From Oopsacas minuta (Eukaryota > Animalia > Porifera): a stretch of DNA of 64,000 bases. The stretch spans positions 124,001-188,000 of the forward strand of contig JAKMXF010000133.1 of assembly GCA_024704765.1 (NCBI GenBank), in the 5' to 3' direction. The position numbers and the translations under genes are program-made. A model generated the notes under the pieces. The model was not told the origin of the DNA and ran no database searches. It was given only the letters and a program-made list of their open reading frames with translations. The number at the start of each line of letters is the position of its first letter. Positions within the stretch are counted from its first letter, which is position 1. Below are positions 45,297 to 56,562 of the stretch, piece by piece.

Positions 45297-45806
45297 CTAT
45301 GCAACTCCAAGTTCTTCAGGTGTTGGAATGCCAAGTTCAGTTAGTGTCGGTTTCAGTTCTTGTATAACGTAGTCGTATATTTCAGGGTTACCCCCTGCCT
45401 TGAGTTTGACAGATTCTAGCACCCGAATGGCGGAAGGGAAGTCGCTAAGTCTCCTGCAGGCGTTAAGAACTGAAACTAATATTTTTGGTTCTGGAACCAT
45501 GTCTAAACCGTAGAGTTTATTGTAGCCATTTCGAAGCAACCATTTGTCAATATCTGATTGGTTGAAATAGTCAACCCATTCCTGATCCATTATTTCGTCC
45601 TTTTGTTCTTGAGTAAGTTTTGTGTCGCCAGAAGTGGCAGAAAGTGGTTTATCGGTTGACACCTCTGAGAATGCGCGCTGGAATGTAGTAGCACTCTTTC
45701 CGCGGATTGTATACTGGCGGGTTTGGGCGGGAATACTTATAATTGGGCGCCAAAGTGACACACCCTGAGGAGCAGTTATAATTGGTCGAAGTAATCTAAC
45801 AGCCAT
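45297..45806 (-). CDS. COX5A: Cytochrome c oxidase subunit 5A
   Basis: [78 protein letters not shown]. Confidence 0.95.
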   Translation of the reverse strand: MAVRLLRPIITAPQGVSLWRPIISIPAQTRQYTIRGKSATTFQRAFSEVSTDKPLSATSGDTKLTQEQKDEIMDQEWVDYFNQSDIDKWLLRNGYNKLYGLDMVPEPKILVSVLNACRRLSDFPSAIRVLESVKLKAGGNPEIYDYVIQELKPTLTELGIPTPEELGVA

Positions 45807-46141
45807 TTTCCTCTAAAATATCTCAAACTGGAACTATGAGTAATATATATATTTTCACACCTTAAGTATAAACAAATTCAACCAATAGAATATCAGGCTA
45901 ATAATACTGGGGCAACACTCAAATCTGATAGGTCAATATATCTTATCACCTATCTCAGAGAGTTTATGAGATTTCTCTTAGATATTTGAATTGACACCTA
46001 GATGAATCATATTCCACGCACATACCAAATTCCAAGTTGGTAGTTAACACCAGTTCCTCAAAAAACAAAAAATTGTATACAAGATATATTTTAAGACACA
46101 AATAAACTGTGACACAATTCATATACGGACACAATATGGCA

Positions 46142-49100
46142 CTAGTGGCGGGAGTAAGGAGACCTACTTCTATCCCTCCTACTGTCACTCCTGTACTTGT
46201 CATAGCGGTGCCGGCGTCTACCAGGGGGAGATTGACTAGAAGACGAACTGTACCTCCTTCTTAAACTGGAACTAACACGTTTGTTATCTCTGTTACTAAA
46301 AATAAACATTTAGCAATATCAATGAAACTGGAACTAATTATCAGGTGTTACTTTATGAATATAACCTTCTCTCTCTGCCATAAGCTCGCACTCTCCCTTT
46401 AGTGTGTTTTTGTCTAAACATTGACAAATAAATAATTGACAAAAACATTCTATTTTTAGTAACATTCAGACAAGCGAACCATTGAGATTACCCAACCACT
46501 TTATTCTTGCTTTCTACTGGCTGATCGGATTCTGATCCTAACTCATATTTTGACACGTCTTCATTCGACTAGTAAACAACAACAAATAAACAACAACAAA
46601 TAGTCGTAGATACATCTAGAGTGTGAATTGGTACAATTTTGCCCCCAACGGTGCAAAAACATTTTAATAATTCAATTAGCTAAGAACATGTGTTGACTAA
46701 TTTCTAGCAAATATTAGAAAATACACTAAAAGATGTAAATATGATTAAGTGAAGGTGTGAAAATGTTATTATAACCGGATATGTATGTCAATACATCCCT
46801 CGACGAATAAATTTTAGAGTTTTCGTTACTGACACACCGCTAGTGTTTATGGAATTTATATTATCACCTCTTCACTGTCTAGATTGTATTTAGAGAGATC
46901 GCCTTCACTTGGAGTATCTCTATTCTCTCGATTCTATAAATAGAAATGTAAATTTCATAAGTGTGATGTATACTCAAAACGGTGACGAAAGATTTATCAT
47001 ATGATAGACAAATTCATGAGCATCTGTAGAGCCAAATTAGAGGAAGAAAGGTATCCAATAGATTGATCCCATGGTATCAAATAGTACCATGAATAACTCA
47101 GAAAATGTATAAACACACTAACCACTATAATTGGGAAATAAACAACAAATAATAATAATAATAATAATAAACAATGGGACAGGAGATTAGAGCCTCTGTA
47201 GACAGTTGTCCTCCTTCATGTCACCAACTGTAACATAGCCAGAGCCTCCTATAAATATGCAAGAGGGACGGAATATTTGACACAGTCCATGTCCTGTCTC
47301 ACAAACTGTTTCTATGAATTTACCAGTCAAGTCAAACACTTTGATGGAATTATCCCAGAAATCACATATGTATACTCTGAATTCATCTGTGATAGGATTA
47401 AAGAACAGGTCGAAGTTGTATGCTCCTACTATCTGATCCTCTGTGAGTATGGACCTTATGAGTTCTCCTTCTAAAGAGAAGATTTGTAGAGGAGAGGGAG
47501 ATCCTGTGAAGAGACATACAACACAATTCTTATCAGCCTTCATGTCCTGTAGCCATGGATACCTGTTGGGTATCTTGGTATGCAGGATAGGATTGAGTGG
47601 GCACTCTTGTTCTATACAGAGAAGATCTACCTGCATACGGATGAGACTGGGCTTAAGAGTCCCCACATACAAATGGTTACTGTTAGAGGAGGTACAACAA
47701 GCCTGTGGTATTGAGATGTGGTGTACATGATTTATGATAGATATATATTTACTATCTTCCCATGTTAAGCTGAATTGTACTAATAAACTTGTATAGCATA
47801 CGAATAAGGACTGTTTGAAGTATGTCAATGAGACAGGAGTAGGAGCTAAATAAGGGAAAAGACCCCAATACCTAGCTACAAGACCATGAGCTCTGTAGAC
47901 TGTGACTCTATCACCGTATCTATCCGCTACTATTACGTTATTCTTAACCACAATTATACCAGCTGGTGTATCTAATTGCCAAAGAGCTTCTCCACCTCTA
48001 TCAACACCAGATGCCACAGGGATGTTCCTCTCATCTTTGGGTGGAGCTACAGCCATGGGATTGCTACGAGTGGTGATAGCAAATGAAGGAATGTTTATTC
48101 TGTTGTCGTAATAGTGACGGATTGTTCTTTGTAAATTATCATATATTTTCTTCAAATCCTTATCCTCCTTATTCTTCCTGACGAGATATTTTAGTGACCT
48201 AGCGTCTCTGTACAGGAAAGATAGTTCATTAAATGTGAAAGTCATCATCTCCTCAACATCTGCATAACAATCCTCCATCTGTTTGCATTTCTCTTCTATC
48301 CTATCTGCATTCCTGGTTTCCAACTCATCTCTAGCTATCGCATACTCCATATTGAGTCTGTTTAGCCTCATGTCATACTCCTGACGTGTGATACCCCCGG
48401 GAAGCAGGTCTCTCTTGGATGGATTCACTGGTTCCATGTCTTCCTCTATTTCAGGATCTACATAGAAAATGAATTCTCCCTCAATCAAGTCTGTCATTCC
48501 CTCCCTCATACAATATGAACACCAAGGTTCTGGAATAGGATAAGTCCTCATCTTTAAGATCTCTGCCTTCAGTCTCAGTCTCAGAGATTCGTATCTCTTT
48601 ATTATCACACTTTCGATTGGTTTTGGGAGTTTAGGGTCTAGACAATTCTCAATTTTATCAATCTTTTCCTCAGCTGTCTCCTTCCACATGATGAGACCGT
48701 TTAGGGAGTATAGGGAAGGTTCTACTAGAGTCCTCTCTATGTAGAAGAGGCTGTCTTTGTATTCAATAGGAAGGCCGTCATCGATGATTAGTAGAGATAT
48801 TTTATGTAAATGCTGGTCGTATCGCTCCTGGAATGAATCTTTGAGAGGGACAGGAAGTATTTTACTGGAGATTACAGATTCATAATCTTTGTAGAGACCT
48901 GATAACTCGTTCACTATTCCAACACCTATGTTTGCGTTATATGGTGCTATAATTCTTTCCATTTCAAAGAGGATATTTGGTATCCTAAAAATATTCTTGT
49001 ACTCCTGCATTATTCCGGTATATCGTTCCTTCGAGGATATGTGTGGTACTGTAGACATTACGGAGGCCTCCTTGCTATTCAGATTTTCCATATCCAACTG

Positions 49101-51588
49101 GGACCCTCTAGACAATTCGGAAATTGCGTCAACGTGAATTTCTTGTAAGATAGCGGACAGCTTTTCCTTTATTCTATTCTCGTACTTCTTCCACATCTTC
49201 TCAGTTTCTGAAGGTGTTACTTGGCTCATGTTTGTTGCCATTTCCAATATTCTTTGTCTTCAGTTCTTTTATAGAAATATCTCTTCTTTAGAATTTGTAT
49301 TAGAATTAAGTATTACTTTCTATGTGAAGTAATGTGTTTCATAATGTGGCTTAATAATAGACACAATTAGCGACACAATTACATAATTGCTTTCTATGAA
49401 ACTGAAATTAAAGTTTAATTAATAGGAAATTTGTATTTGAAAGCAAACAAATTTGTTTCAGTGATTTGTTTACCAAATAGAGTTAATTAAATTATATTCA
49501 GTTTCATAAACAAGGATCAAACTGTCTTTTAAATGGATCCATTTGGCCTCTCTACTTAAAGAGAGGTAATAGGACCCCTTGGACAGAAATAGAACCATTC
49601 AATGTAGATAGTTCCAGGAAATCAAACTAGCACCACTATGATATATTAAAGTCTTTCATATACCTTTTTATTAGATGATGTGTTAACTTTCTTCTTTTTC
49701 CTTCCAAACTATGTAAATACACAAATAATTATAGAACTAACATATAGCAATATGGAACTATGGTATACATAATATGTAAATAAGGTGTTATAATATGAAA
49801 CTATAAACATACATCATCATATTCGCCATCTGATTCTCTCTTGATATACTCTACTTCTTCTCTCTCATTAAAACCTCCTCCAATACCTAGAAATTTCTCA
49901 GAGATTGTGAGAGATATCTCTTAGATATTGGAAACACTTCCTTGATTAATCACATTCCATTCAATAACTGATATTAATTTGTATATCATTTTATCACCTT
50001 TCTCAGATATTTACACATATTCACAATCCACACACACATACACTTTGTTTTGTATTTATACAAATAACAAACATTACTATGTGTCTATCTGATCTCCATG
50101 GTAACACAAAAATGTTAATATTTAATATCACACCTGTACGCTCTTCAACTTTCCCCATTTTCGGATGATCACAGACGTTACATTCCGATCTTCTTGCCCA
50201 GTTTATATTGCTGCACCTAGACACACAAATACACAGAATATTCCTAATAGTTATTATAAATACAGTAAGGACTGTTTTGGGTAGTTTGAAAGGTATCTGG
50301 ACGGTCGTATAATTACAAAATTGGCCTCTTGGTTTCATATTTTGACAATTTGGTCCTCTCCATATGCGTATTAGATATTTTACCATGGATGGTGGATTTA
50401 GTTTGGGCCGCATGCATTTGTCCAAATTTTTGGTGATGTTTGCGTCAGTTGGATCTGGAGCAGGCTGTGAGTTACTGAGAGTATTTAGAACTCACGTTGG
50501 AAGGTGTTAGAATTGGCATTTTCATGTATCATCTAGCTAGATTGGCTTGAGCTGAGAAGACGAGCACTTCAGTAGACTATTTGGATAACTTGTGTGGTGT
50601 TTGATTGGATTCGAGTTGGGTCCGGAGCAGGCTGTGGATTGCTGAGAGTATTTGGATGCAAAACAACAAAAATAAATGAAAATTCCCCGTGAAGGCATGC
50701 ATTCGATCACCAAAAATTGAACTAATGCATGCGCCCCAAACTAAATCTACCATCCATGGTTACATATCTAATAAGAGGGGACATTAATAATAGTTACTCA
50801 CATAGAGCATTGCCAGTCTTCAGCACTGAATAGACCACCACTCTTCTTGGCCGCGTGTCTACCAATCTCACTGCCAACTTTCTTGAGTTTAGGCGCGAAT
50901 TTTGGGCGCGCTAAATGATAAAATAATACAGTAAACTTTGTGTGATAACAAATTGTTCATGACACTCAGTTTCATTTTGTTATAAGCTAAGAAATATTAT
51001 AGCGGGGGAGGTTAATACACACTATGATTGTTAAGCCATTGTTAGTCGTAAGCTCCACCACCAGCATCAAGTTTACCTGTCACGTGAATATTGTCATTAT
51101 TGGAAATTCAATTACACAATATATGTAATAACTAACGCGTGAATAGTAATGACAGACCTCACTTAACACGCTTACCGTATTTCCCCGAATAAGCGCCTCG
51201 GGGCTTATTTTTTCGTGGACATGAAACTCTCGGCGCATATTCAGGAAATACGGTAATTAATATATTTAGAAGCCATTGACATTTCCATGAATTGGTTAAT
51301 ATGTATTATGGTGACGTCATGAAATAATGAGATAGCTTAGGTATACATCATGTGGAACTGAAACAAGATTCTCATTAACAGTGGAGTTTTATGTAAAATT
51401 AAGGTTGACACTTACGGTATCGACATTTGTGGCATTCAGTTCTCCTCGCATAGTTTATATTTTCACACCTGAAAAACAATAACAATAATAATAGTTTGTT
51501 TGTTTGTATATATAAATATATAAATAGTTGTTTACCCTTCTTGAGAACAAATCCAGTCTCCATCCGATATCTTGAATCTGCCAGACAT
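46142..51588 (-). CDS. ZRANB2: Zinc finger Ran-binding domain protein 2 (splicing factor), multi-exon
   Basis: Exons MSGRFKISDGDWICSQEG|CENINYARRTECHKC|..GGLFSAEDWQC|CSNINWARRSECNVC..KVEERT|GIGGGFNEREEVEY..SDGEYDD|FGRKKKK|..RS-rich tail RRDRSRSPYSRH. Confidence 0.93.
47187..49247 (-). CDS. Intronless helical-domain + NHL-type propeller protein, copy 2 (686 aa), in a ZRANB2 intron
   Basis: Paralog of copies 1 and 3; lies in intron 46934-49663. Confidence 0.85.
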   Translation of the reverse strand: MEMATNMSQVTPSETEKMWKKYENRIKEKLSAILQEIHVDAISELSRGSQLDMENLNSKEASVMSTVPHISSKERYTGIMQEYKNIFRIPNILFEMERIIAPYNANIGVGIVNELSGLYKDYESVISSKILPVPLKDSFQERYDQHLHKISLLIIDDGLPIEYKDSLFYIERTLVEPSLYSLNGLIMWKETAEEKIDKIENCLDPKLPKPIESVIIKRYESLRLRLKAEILKMRTYPIPEPWCSYCMREGMTDLIEGEFIFYVDPEIEEDMEPVNPSKRDLLPGGITRQEYDMRLNRLNMEYAIARDELETRNADRIEEKCKQMEDCYADVEEMMTFTFNELSFLYRDARSLKYLVRKNKEDKDLKKIYDNLQRTIRHYYDNRINIPSFAITTRSNPMAVAPPKDERNIPVASGVDRGGEALWQLDTPAGIIVVKNNVIVADRYGDRVTVYRAHGLVARYWGLFPYLAPTPVSLTYFKQSLFVCYTSLLVQFSLTWEDSKYISIINHVHHISIPQACCTSSNSNHLYVGTLKPSLIRMQVDLLCIEQECPLNPILHTKIPNRYPWLQDMKADKNCVVCLFTGSPSPLQIFSLEGELIRSILTEDQIVGAYNFDLFFNPITDEFRVYICDFWDNSIKVFDLTGKFIETVCETGHGLCQIFRPSCIFIGGSGYVTVGDMKEDNCLQRL
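50369..50773. mobile_element. About 400-bp MITE with about 70-bp TIRs and internal direct repeats, in a ZRANB2 intron
   Basis: tattagatat..accatggatggtggatttagtttggg.cgcatgcatt..tttttggtgat recurs inverted at 50703-50773; internal duplicate gg.gcaggctgtg..t.ctgagagtattt. Confidence 0.8.
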
Positions 51589-51962
51589 GAATAATCCAAT
51601 TAACTAATTAAAGACAAATAATATAGAAGCAACACTCCAACACCTTTGGGGGCGATTACTCCAGCGAGTGATTATTCGGCTGAAGGTACAAGTTAGCGTA
51701 TGACGTAGTATAACCGCATTAGAATGGATTACAATAAACAGGGAAAATCCACTTGCAACTGTTCACCTGGATTGAGCAATTTCCCCCTGAATCATAAGCC
51801 AAACCCCTGTAAATATGAACTATTAAGGTATCAGCGGGGCATTAGTCACAGCTGATATCCGAAAATGCGGGACAGTTGGCAAATATGATATATTATTATG
51901 CACATACTTAATATGAGATATAAAGTTTCATTCCGTAAATTTCAAAATAACCAATTGGAAAT

Positions 51963-53585
51963 ATGGGACAGTATTTGGGTCAAACTGTCCACCAAATCGA
52001 GCGTAGTTTCGTGTTAATTGGTAAATCCCGCGACGGGAAAAGCACTTTAGGAAATCTACTAGTGAATCAAGCAAACACTTTTCCTACACACATGCATGAA
52101 GGGGCAAGTGGACTAACTGATAAAGTTAAAACAGTACAGAGTTTCATAAACTCAGCTGATATAGAAGTACAAAATACCAATCCACAGGTTTGGTTCCAGG
52201 TTATGGATCAACCGGGACTAAATGATCCCAGTCACAATCTTGTAAAACACAGTGGGAATCTAATAAAGTGTCTGAAAATGTCAAAAGCTCCAATGTCAAT
52301 CACGTTTGTGATAGTTATAACAGTTGCGGGCTGTTTTTTCCCTCAGGAATCCTTGAAAAATATTTTATCGTTAGCAGAGCAAATGGCAGAAGCTTCTTAT
52401 AGTTTTTTCGCAAACGCTCTAGTCGTACTAACACATAAGGACAAATTACAGGGAAACACTCATGAAGAATTGGACCAAGAATTGAAGGACAAATGCCAGA
52501 GTGAAGAGTGGAAATGGTTACAGTTCTTACTCGACCTCGTAAATAGGAGATATGTGTTTGTGGACGCTCGAAATATAAATAACCCCAACCGGGTGAGTAT
52601 ATTGAAACGCATGTTCAAGTTATCACGACCTACAGTCCGTCTAATGATCCATGGAAATACTCATTTCAAAAGCTCTGAATTTCAAAACTATTTAAATATT
52701 TCTGGGAACTGTCACTTCATAAATATGAAATATATAATCGCACTTCATTTTAACCAAGACTTAAATCTAAACAGAGGACAAAGGAGAGAGATACAACTTG
52801 AAGAAGAGATTGTAAGAGCGGGGATAAAGTTGAAAGAGATAATTCAAGGAATTTCGGTAATTATTGTGCTGATAAGCTTAAAAGATCTTTTCACTGATGA
52901 GACAGAGAGACACATAATGGGAGTACCCGACACTTACGGAATTCACACAATTCTACACAAACAATGGTGGGAACATACTCTAATAGTTTTCAAGATACCA
53001 AACATTCCAAACACAAATCCAAACGATATAATTATTGATAACATAAAGAGGAATATTGCACTTGAAAGGATCGTACAGCAAGCGGGGTTTAGGTACACAT
53101 ATGTTACGGGAGGAGACACGAGGAATATATGTGTACAAAGGATCAATCAGGGGTGTTTGTTGGTGAAGGAACAAAGTGAGGGGCGGGGATACATCGATGG
53201 ATCAGTTATCAGGGAAATGCAGAACTCTATTGAATATTTGGCGAGACATAGAAGTCCTTCGAGGGTGATTGGGTTTCAAAAGACCCCGAATTTAGAAGAA
53301 ATGTATAGAGAAATGACAGAAGTGGAGGGGTTGTTAACAAGAGGGAAATATATCTCATCTAAAATAGCATATTTCATATTGAAACAAATCTCCCCAAATC
53401 TAGCTACATATTCCCAACTGTTCCCATATGATCAGGTGACAAATGAAGAGTTCTATCAAATGTACATAAGCAGTTTAATTGGTTCAGAACAAAATAATGT
53501 AGATCCAGATTGTAGGAGGAGTACTGTGAGTAGCATAGTTACGGAACCAGAGGATCGGAATGCTATTCTAGAGGGCATGCTGTAG
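51963..53585 (+). CDS. Intronless AIG1/GIMAP-family GTPase with a second degenerate GTPase-like domain (540 aa)
   Basis: G1 GKSRDGKS, G3 DQPG, G4 THKD; N-terminal MG (possible myristoylation); full-length paralog of 59982..62324. Confidence 0.88.
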   Translation: MGQYLGQTVHQIERSFVLIGKSRDGKSTLGNLLVNQANTFPTHMHEGASGLTDKVKTVQSFINSADIEVQNTNPQVWFQVMDQPGLNDPSHNLVKHSGNLIKCLKMSKAPMSITFVIVITVAGCFFPQESLKNILSLAEQMAEASYSFFANALVVLTHKDKLQGNTHEELDQELKDKCQSEEWKWLQFLLDLVNRRYVFVDARNINNPNRVSILKRMFKLSRPTVRLMIHGNTHFKSSEFQNYLNISGNCHFINMKYIIALHFNQDLNLNRGQRREIQLEEEIVRAGIKLKEIIQGISVIIVLISLKDLFTDETERHIMGVPDTYGIHTILHKQWWEHTLIVFKIPNIPNTNPNDIIIDNIKRNIALERIVQQAGFRYTYVTGGDTRNICVQRINQGCLLVKEQSEGRGYIDGSVIREMQNSIEYLARHRSPSRVIGFQKTPNLEEMYREMTEVEGLLTRGKYISSKIAYFILKQISPNLATYSQLFPYDQVTNEEFYQMYISSLIGSEQNNVDPDCRRSTVSSIVTEPEDRNAILEGML

Positions 53586-54000
53586 TTTTGTATTATTGTA
53601 TTCCATATAAATTAATTACAAATGTAAGCTCTATTCAGTTCTAGATATATCTTGCTTTATTGTAGCGGTTAGTGTGTTTATACATTTTCTGAGTTATTCA
53701 GGGTATTTACTAGGCAAAACTAGAAAGTGTTAATAAATTTCTAGAAAGGAACTTGGTTTCAGTTCCACACTTGATTTCATATCTCACCATTTATGACGTC
53801 ATCATACAAAATATTCAATTCATGAGAATATTTCATATACTTGTAAATATGTAAATTAACCGAATACGCTCGGGAAAATGTGTCACTTTATGACACCATA
53901 AGGTGCTAAAATCTCGATGTGGGTGCGGGAATTGGTTAAATAGTATTCCTTTTCGTTACGATTGTAACACTTCGGACATAATCGGTTACAGGAAATATCT

Positions 54001-54835
54001 TTGAGTGGAGTGGTAACTAAATTAAATTTTGTACTTTTGATTGCGACAGAGGATATAAGTGTCACTTTGGTGGTGGCAGATGAGAATGTGGCAGTTGACA
54101 CAATTCAATTGAATGGCTCATTTATTGTGGCGGATGAATTTTTCAGGGAATTTCCGAATCTAGAAAATCTGGCGCTCACAGAAGTTATTTTTAGTGATTT
54201 TCCTATTTTTCGCTTTAACTCCAAAATGGTGACTTTGGAATGTGTCGACATAGAGGTGTCAAGTGGCGCTACGGATATTTCTTGGAGTTTCATTGCTGGA
54301 TTGGATTCATTGACTTATGTGAAGTTTATTTGCGAAGCCCAAGTGAACGCCGAAAATTCCCCAAGTGCATTTGTTGGTTTGGATTCTTTGACGAAAATCG
54401 AGTTTGACAAGGTGGATTTTAGTGTCGCGCTGCCATCTGTGTTTGAGACAATAATCACTTTAGTTGAGGTGTCAATAACAAACGCGGGGATTCTAAATTT
54501 AGAATTTATTGCGCCTGAAATTCGTGATGGAATTTTGGAACTAGATTTAACTTCTAATTCTATTAATGAAGAGAGAACAGACAACTTTAATGGTTTCGTG
54601 AATTTGACACGCTTAATATTGGTAGACAATGGGTTCACAAAGTTGGAGAGGGTGCTCTTCCAGGAGATGCAACGCCTTGACACCTTAGATTTGTCTGATA
54701 ATTAAATTCGATCCATCTTAACCGACACATTTTATGCCATTCCTACCATTATGAGTGTTAAAATTGTGAATTCACTGATCACTACTTTGGATTATTCTAT
54801 TTTGGCGCCATTAGTTAATTTGACACTTTTCATGT
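54001..54835 (+). pseudogene. Leucine-rich-repeat gene remnant
   Basis: LRR periodicity (FPNLENLAL, LDLTSNSI, LTRLILVDNGF, LDTLDLSDN). The in-frame TAA at 54703-54705 is followed by more LRR (IRSILTDTF..). No ATG in frame, and the gene is cut off by transposon sequence at about 54840. Confidence 0.75.
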
Positions 54836-54855
54836 ATCCATTGGAGGTCTGCGAG

Positions 54856-56226
54856 CAGTGACGTAGCCAAGGGGGGGCCAGGCCCCGGTTGTCGCACCTA
54901 TTATGGGGCCCACGACCTCACTATTTCAATCTTAGGGGCTGCTGCAAGGGCTTATCCATCCTAAAGAGGGATTCCAAATATACTCTTTTCTAATGGATAC
55001 AGCTACATTACTGCCCTATTATTGTTCAACCATAGCTTTGTAAAATCTCAATAGACATATTTTCGAGTGTTTTTTGTTAATTTCAAATAAGTGCAACCTT
55101 GATTACATCGCTTGAACCTTGTTCTTGTCGACTTCATAAAGGGTGTACCTATAGCATAGGACTTCTTCTCGTTATTGGAAGCAGTGTATTTATTCCTATC
55201 CTCTGGGAAGTTTAATGCCCTGTTCGAGAAAGTTCAAGCGGAACAAAGGCCAGAGAAACAGCCATGCGGCTCAAACGCCTAATTGAAACACGTTGGGTAT
55301 GTCGTTTTGAGGCGATTAAGACTTTCAAAGAGACTTTTGGAGCCCTATTAACTATTGGATCCATTTCTGATGGTGTGCAGCGAGATCGAGCAATAGAGGC
55401 AAGAGGACTTTTTCTTCAGATAATTGAATTTTAATTCGCATTATGCTTAGTGATGTTCAACCATCTTTTCATTATGACGAACGTTTTGTCAAAGACACTT
55501 CAGGATCCTGACCTTGATTTTAGTGCTGCAATGTCATTGATTGATGCAACCATTGAAACTCTTCAGAGTTACAGATCAGAGAAACAGTGGAAAGAAATTT
55601 GGAATGAAGCTCTAACGGTTGAAGATGGTCACGACATCGAAATAAGCAGTTTACCACGAAAAAGAAAGCACAAATTACCTGCTAAACTGTGTTGCCACGA
55701 TCAAGTCTATTCTTGTAAATTACAAAATTTCGGAGGAAGATGTAAGCGAAGAAAGTTCTGAGAAATCGACACATGGAAGATATTCATGACGTTATTGACA
55801 AACTAAGATCACTGAAGGCAGCCTTTCCAGAGTTGTTACGGTTACTAGACATAGCGTTAACTATTGCTGTTAGTAGTGCAGCTTGTGAGCGTTCATTTTC
55901 CTCTCTCAAACGAATGAAGACTTATCTGCGCTCAACCATGAGCCAATTAAGGCTTAATAATCTAGCCATTTTGTCTATAGAAAGCAATATTGCTTCTAGT
56001 CTTCCATTAGAAGTGGTTGTGGACCGGTTTGCTTATCAGCACAAGAATCGCAGGATATGCTTGTCGTGATTAGCAATAGTTTGTAAATCGCTAGAATTAC
56101 TTATTGGATAATATACACTATTATTATCATAGGTGATTGTTTGAATGACTTGTACTGCCAAGAACTAAAAGTGAATTAGTGCTCCAGGTGTGCCCAGGTT
56201 GAGCTCAAGGTCTGGCTACGCCACTG
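54856..56226 (+). mobile_element. Internally deleted hAT transposon with transposase C-terminal remnant
   Basis: TIR CAGTGACGTAGCCA / TGGCTACGCCACTG; perfect 8-bp TSD TCTGCGAG (54848-54855, 56227-56234); hAT dimerisation motif SSAACERSFSSLKRMKTYLRSTM. Confidence 0.95.
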
Positions 56227-56562
56227 TCTGCGAGTACAAAGGTTGGGAACCACTGCTATATGGATTGTCCGTCATTGTATTTATTGATATATGATTAATC
56301 ATATTTTCACGCCTTTTGAGTTAATTATAATATCCTCGAGTTTTTGTTTCAACAAACATTGAAAGTAATAACAACAATAATATTACAAAATATTACTTTC
56401 ATTGAATTTGAAATTTTGAGTTTCATAGAAAGCAATTATGTAATTGTGTCTATTATTAAGCCACATTATGAAACACATTACTTCACATAGAAAGTAATAC
56501 TTAATTCTAATACAAATTCTAAAGAAGAGATATTTCTATAAAAGAACTGAAGACTAAGAATA

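Noticed and set aside
49395-49410. ISRE/IRF-like GAAACTGAAA upstream of NHL copy 2
   Set aside because: GAAACTG(G)AA(A)CT-type strings are common throughout the window (e.g. about 14611 and 18156), so they are uninformative.
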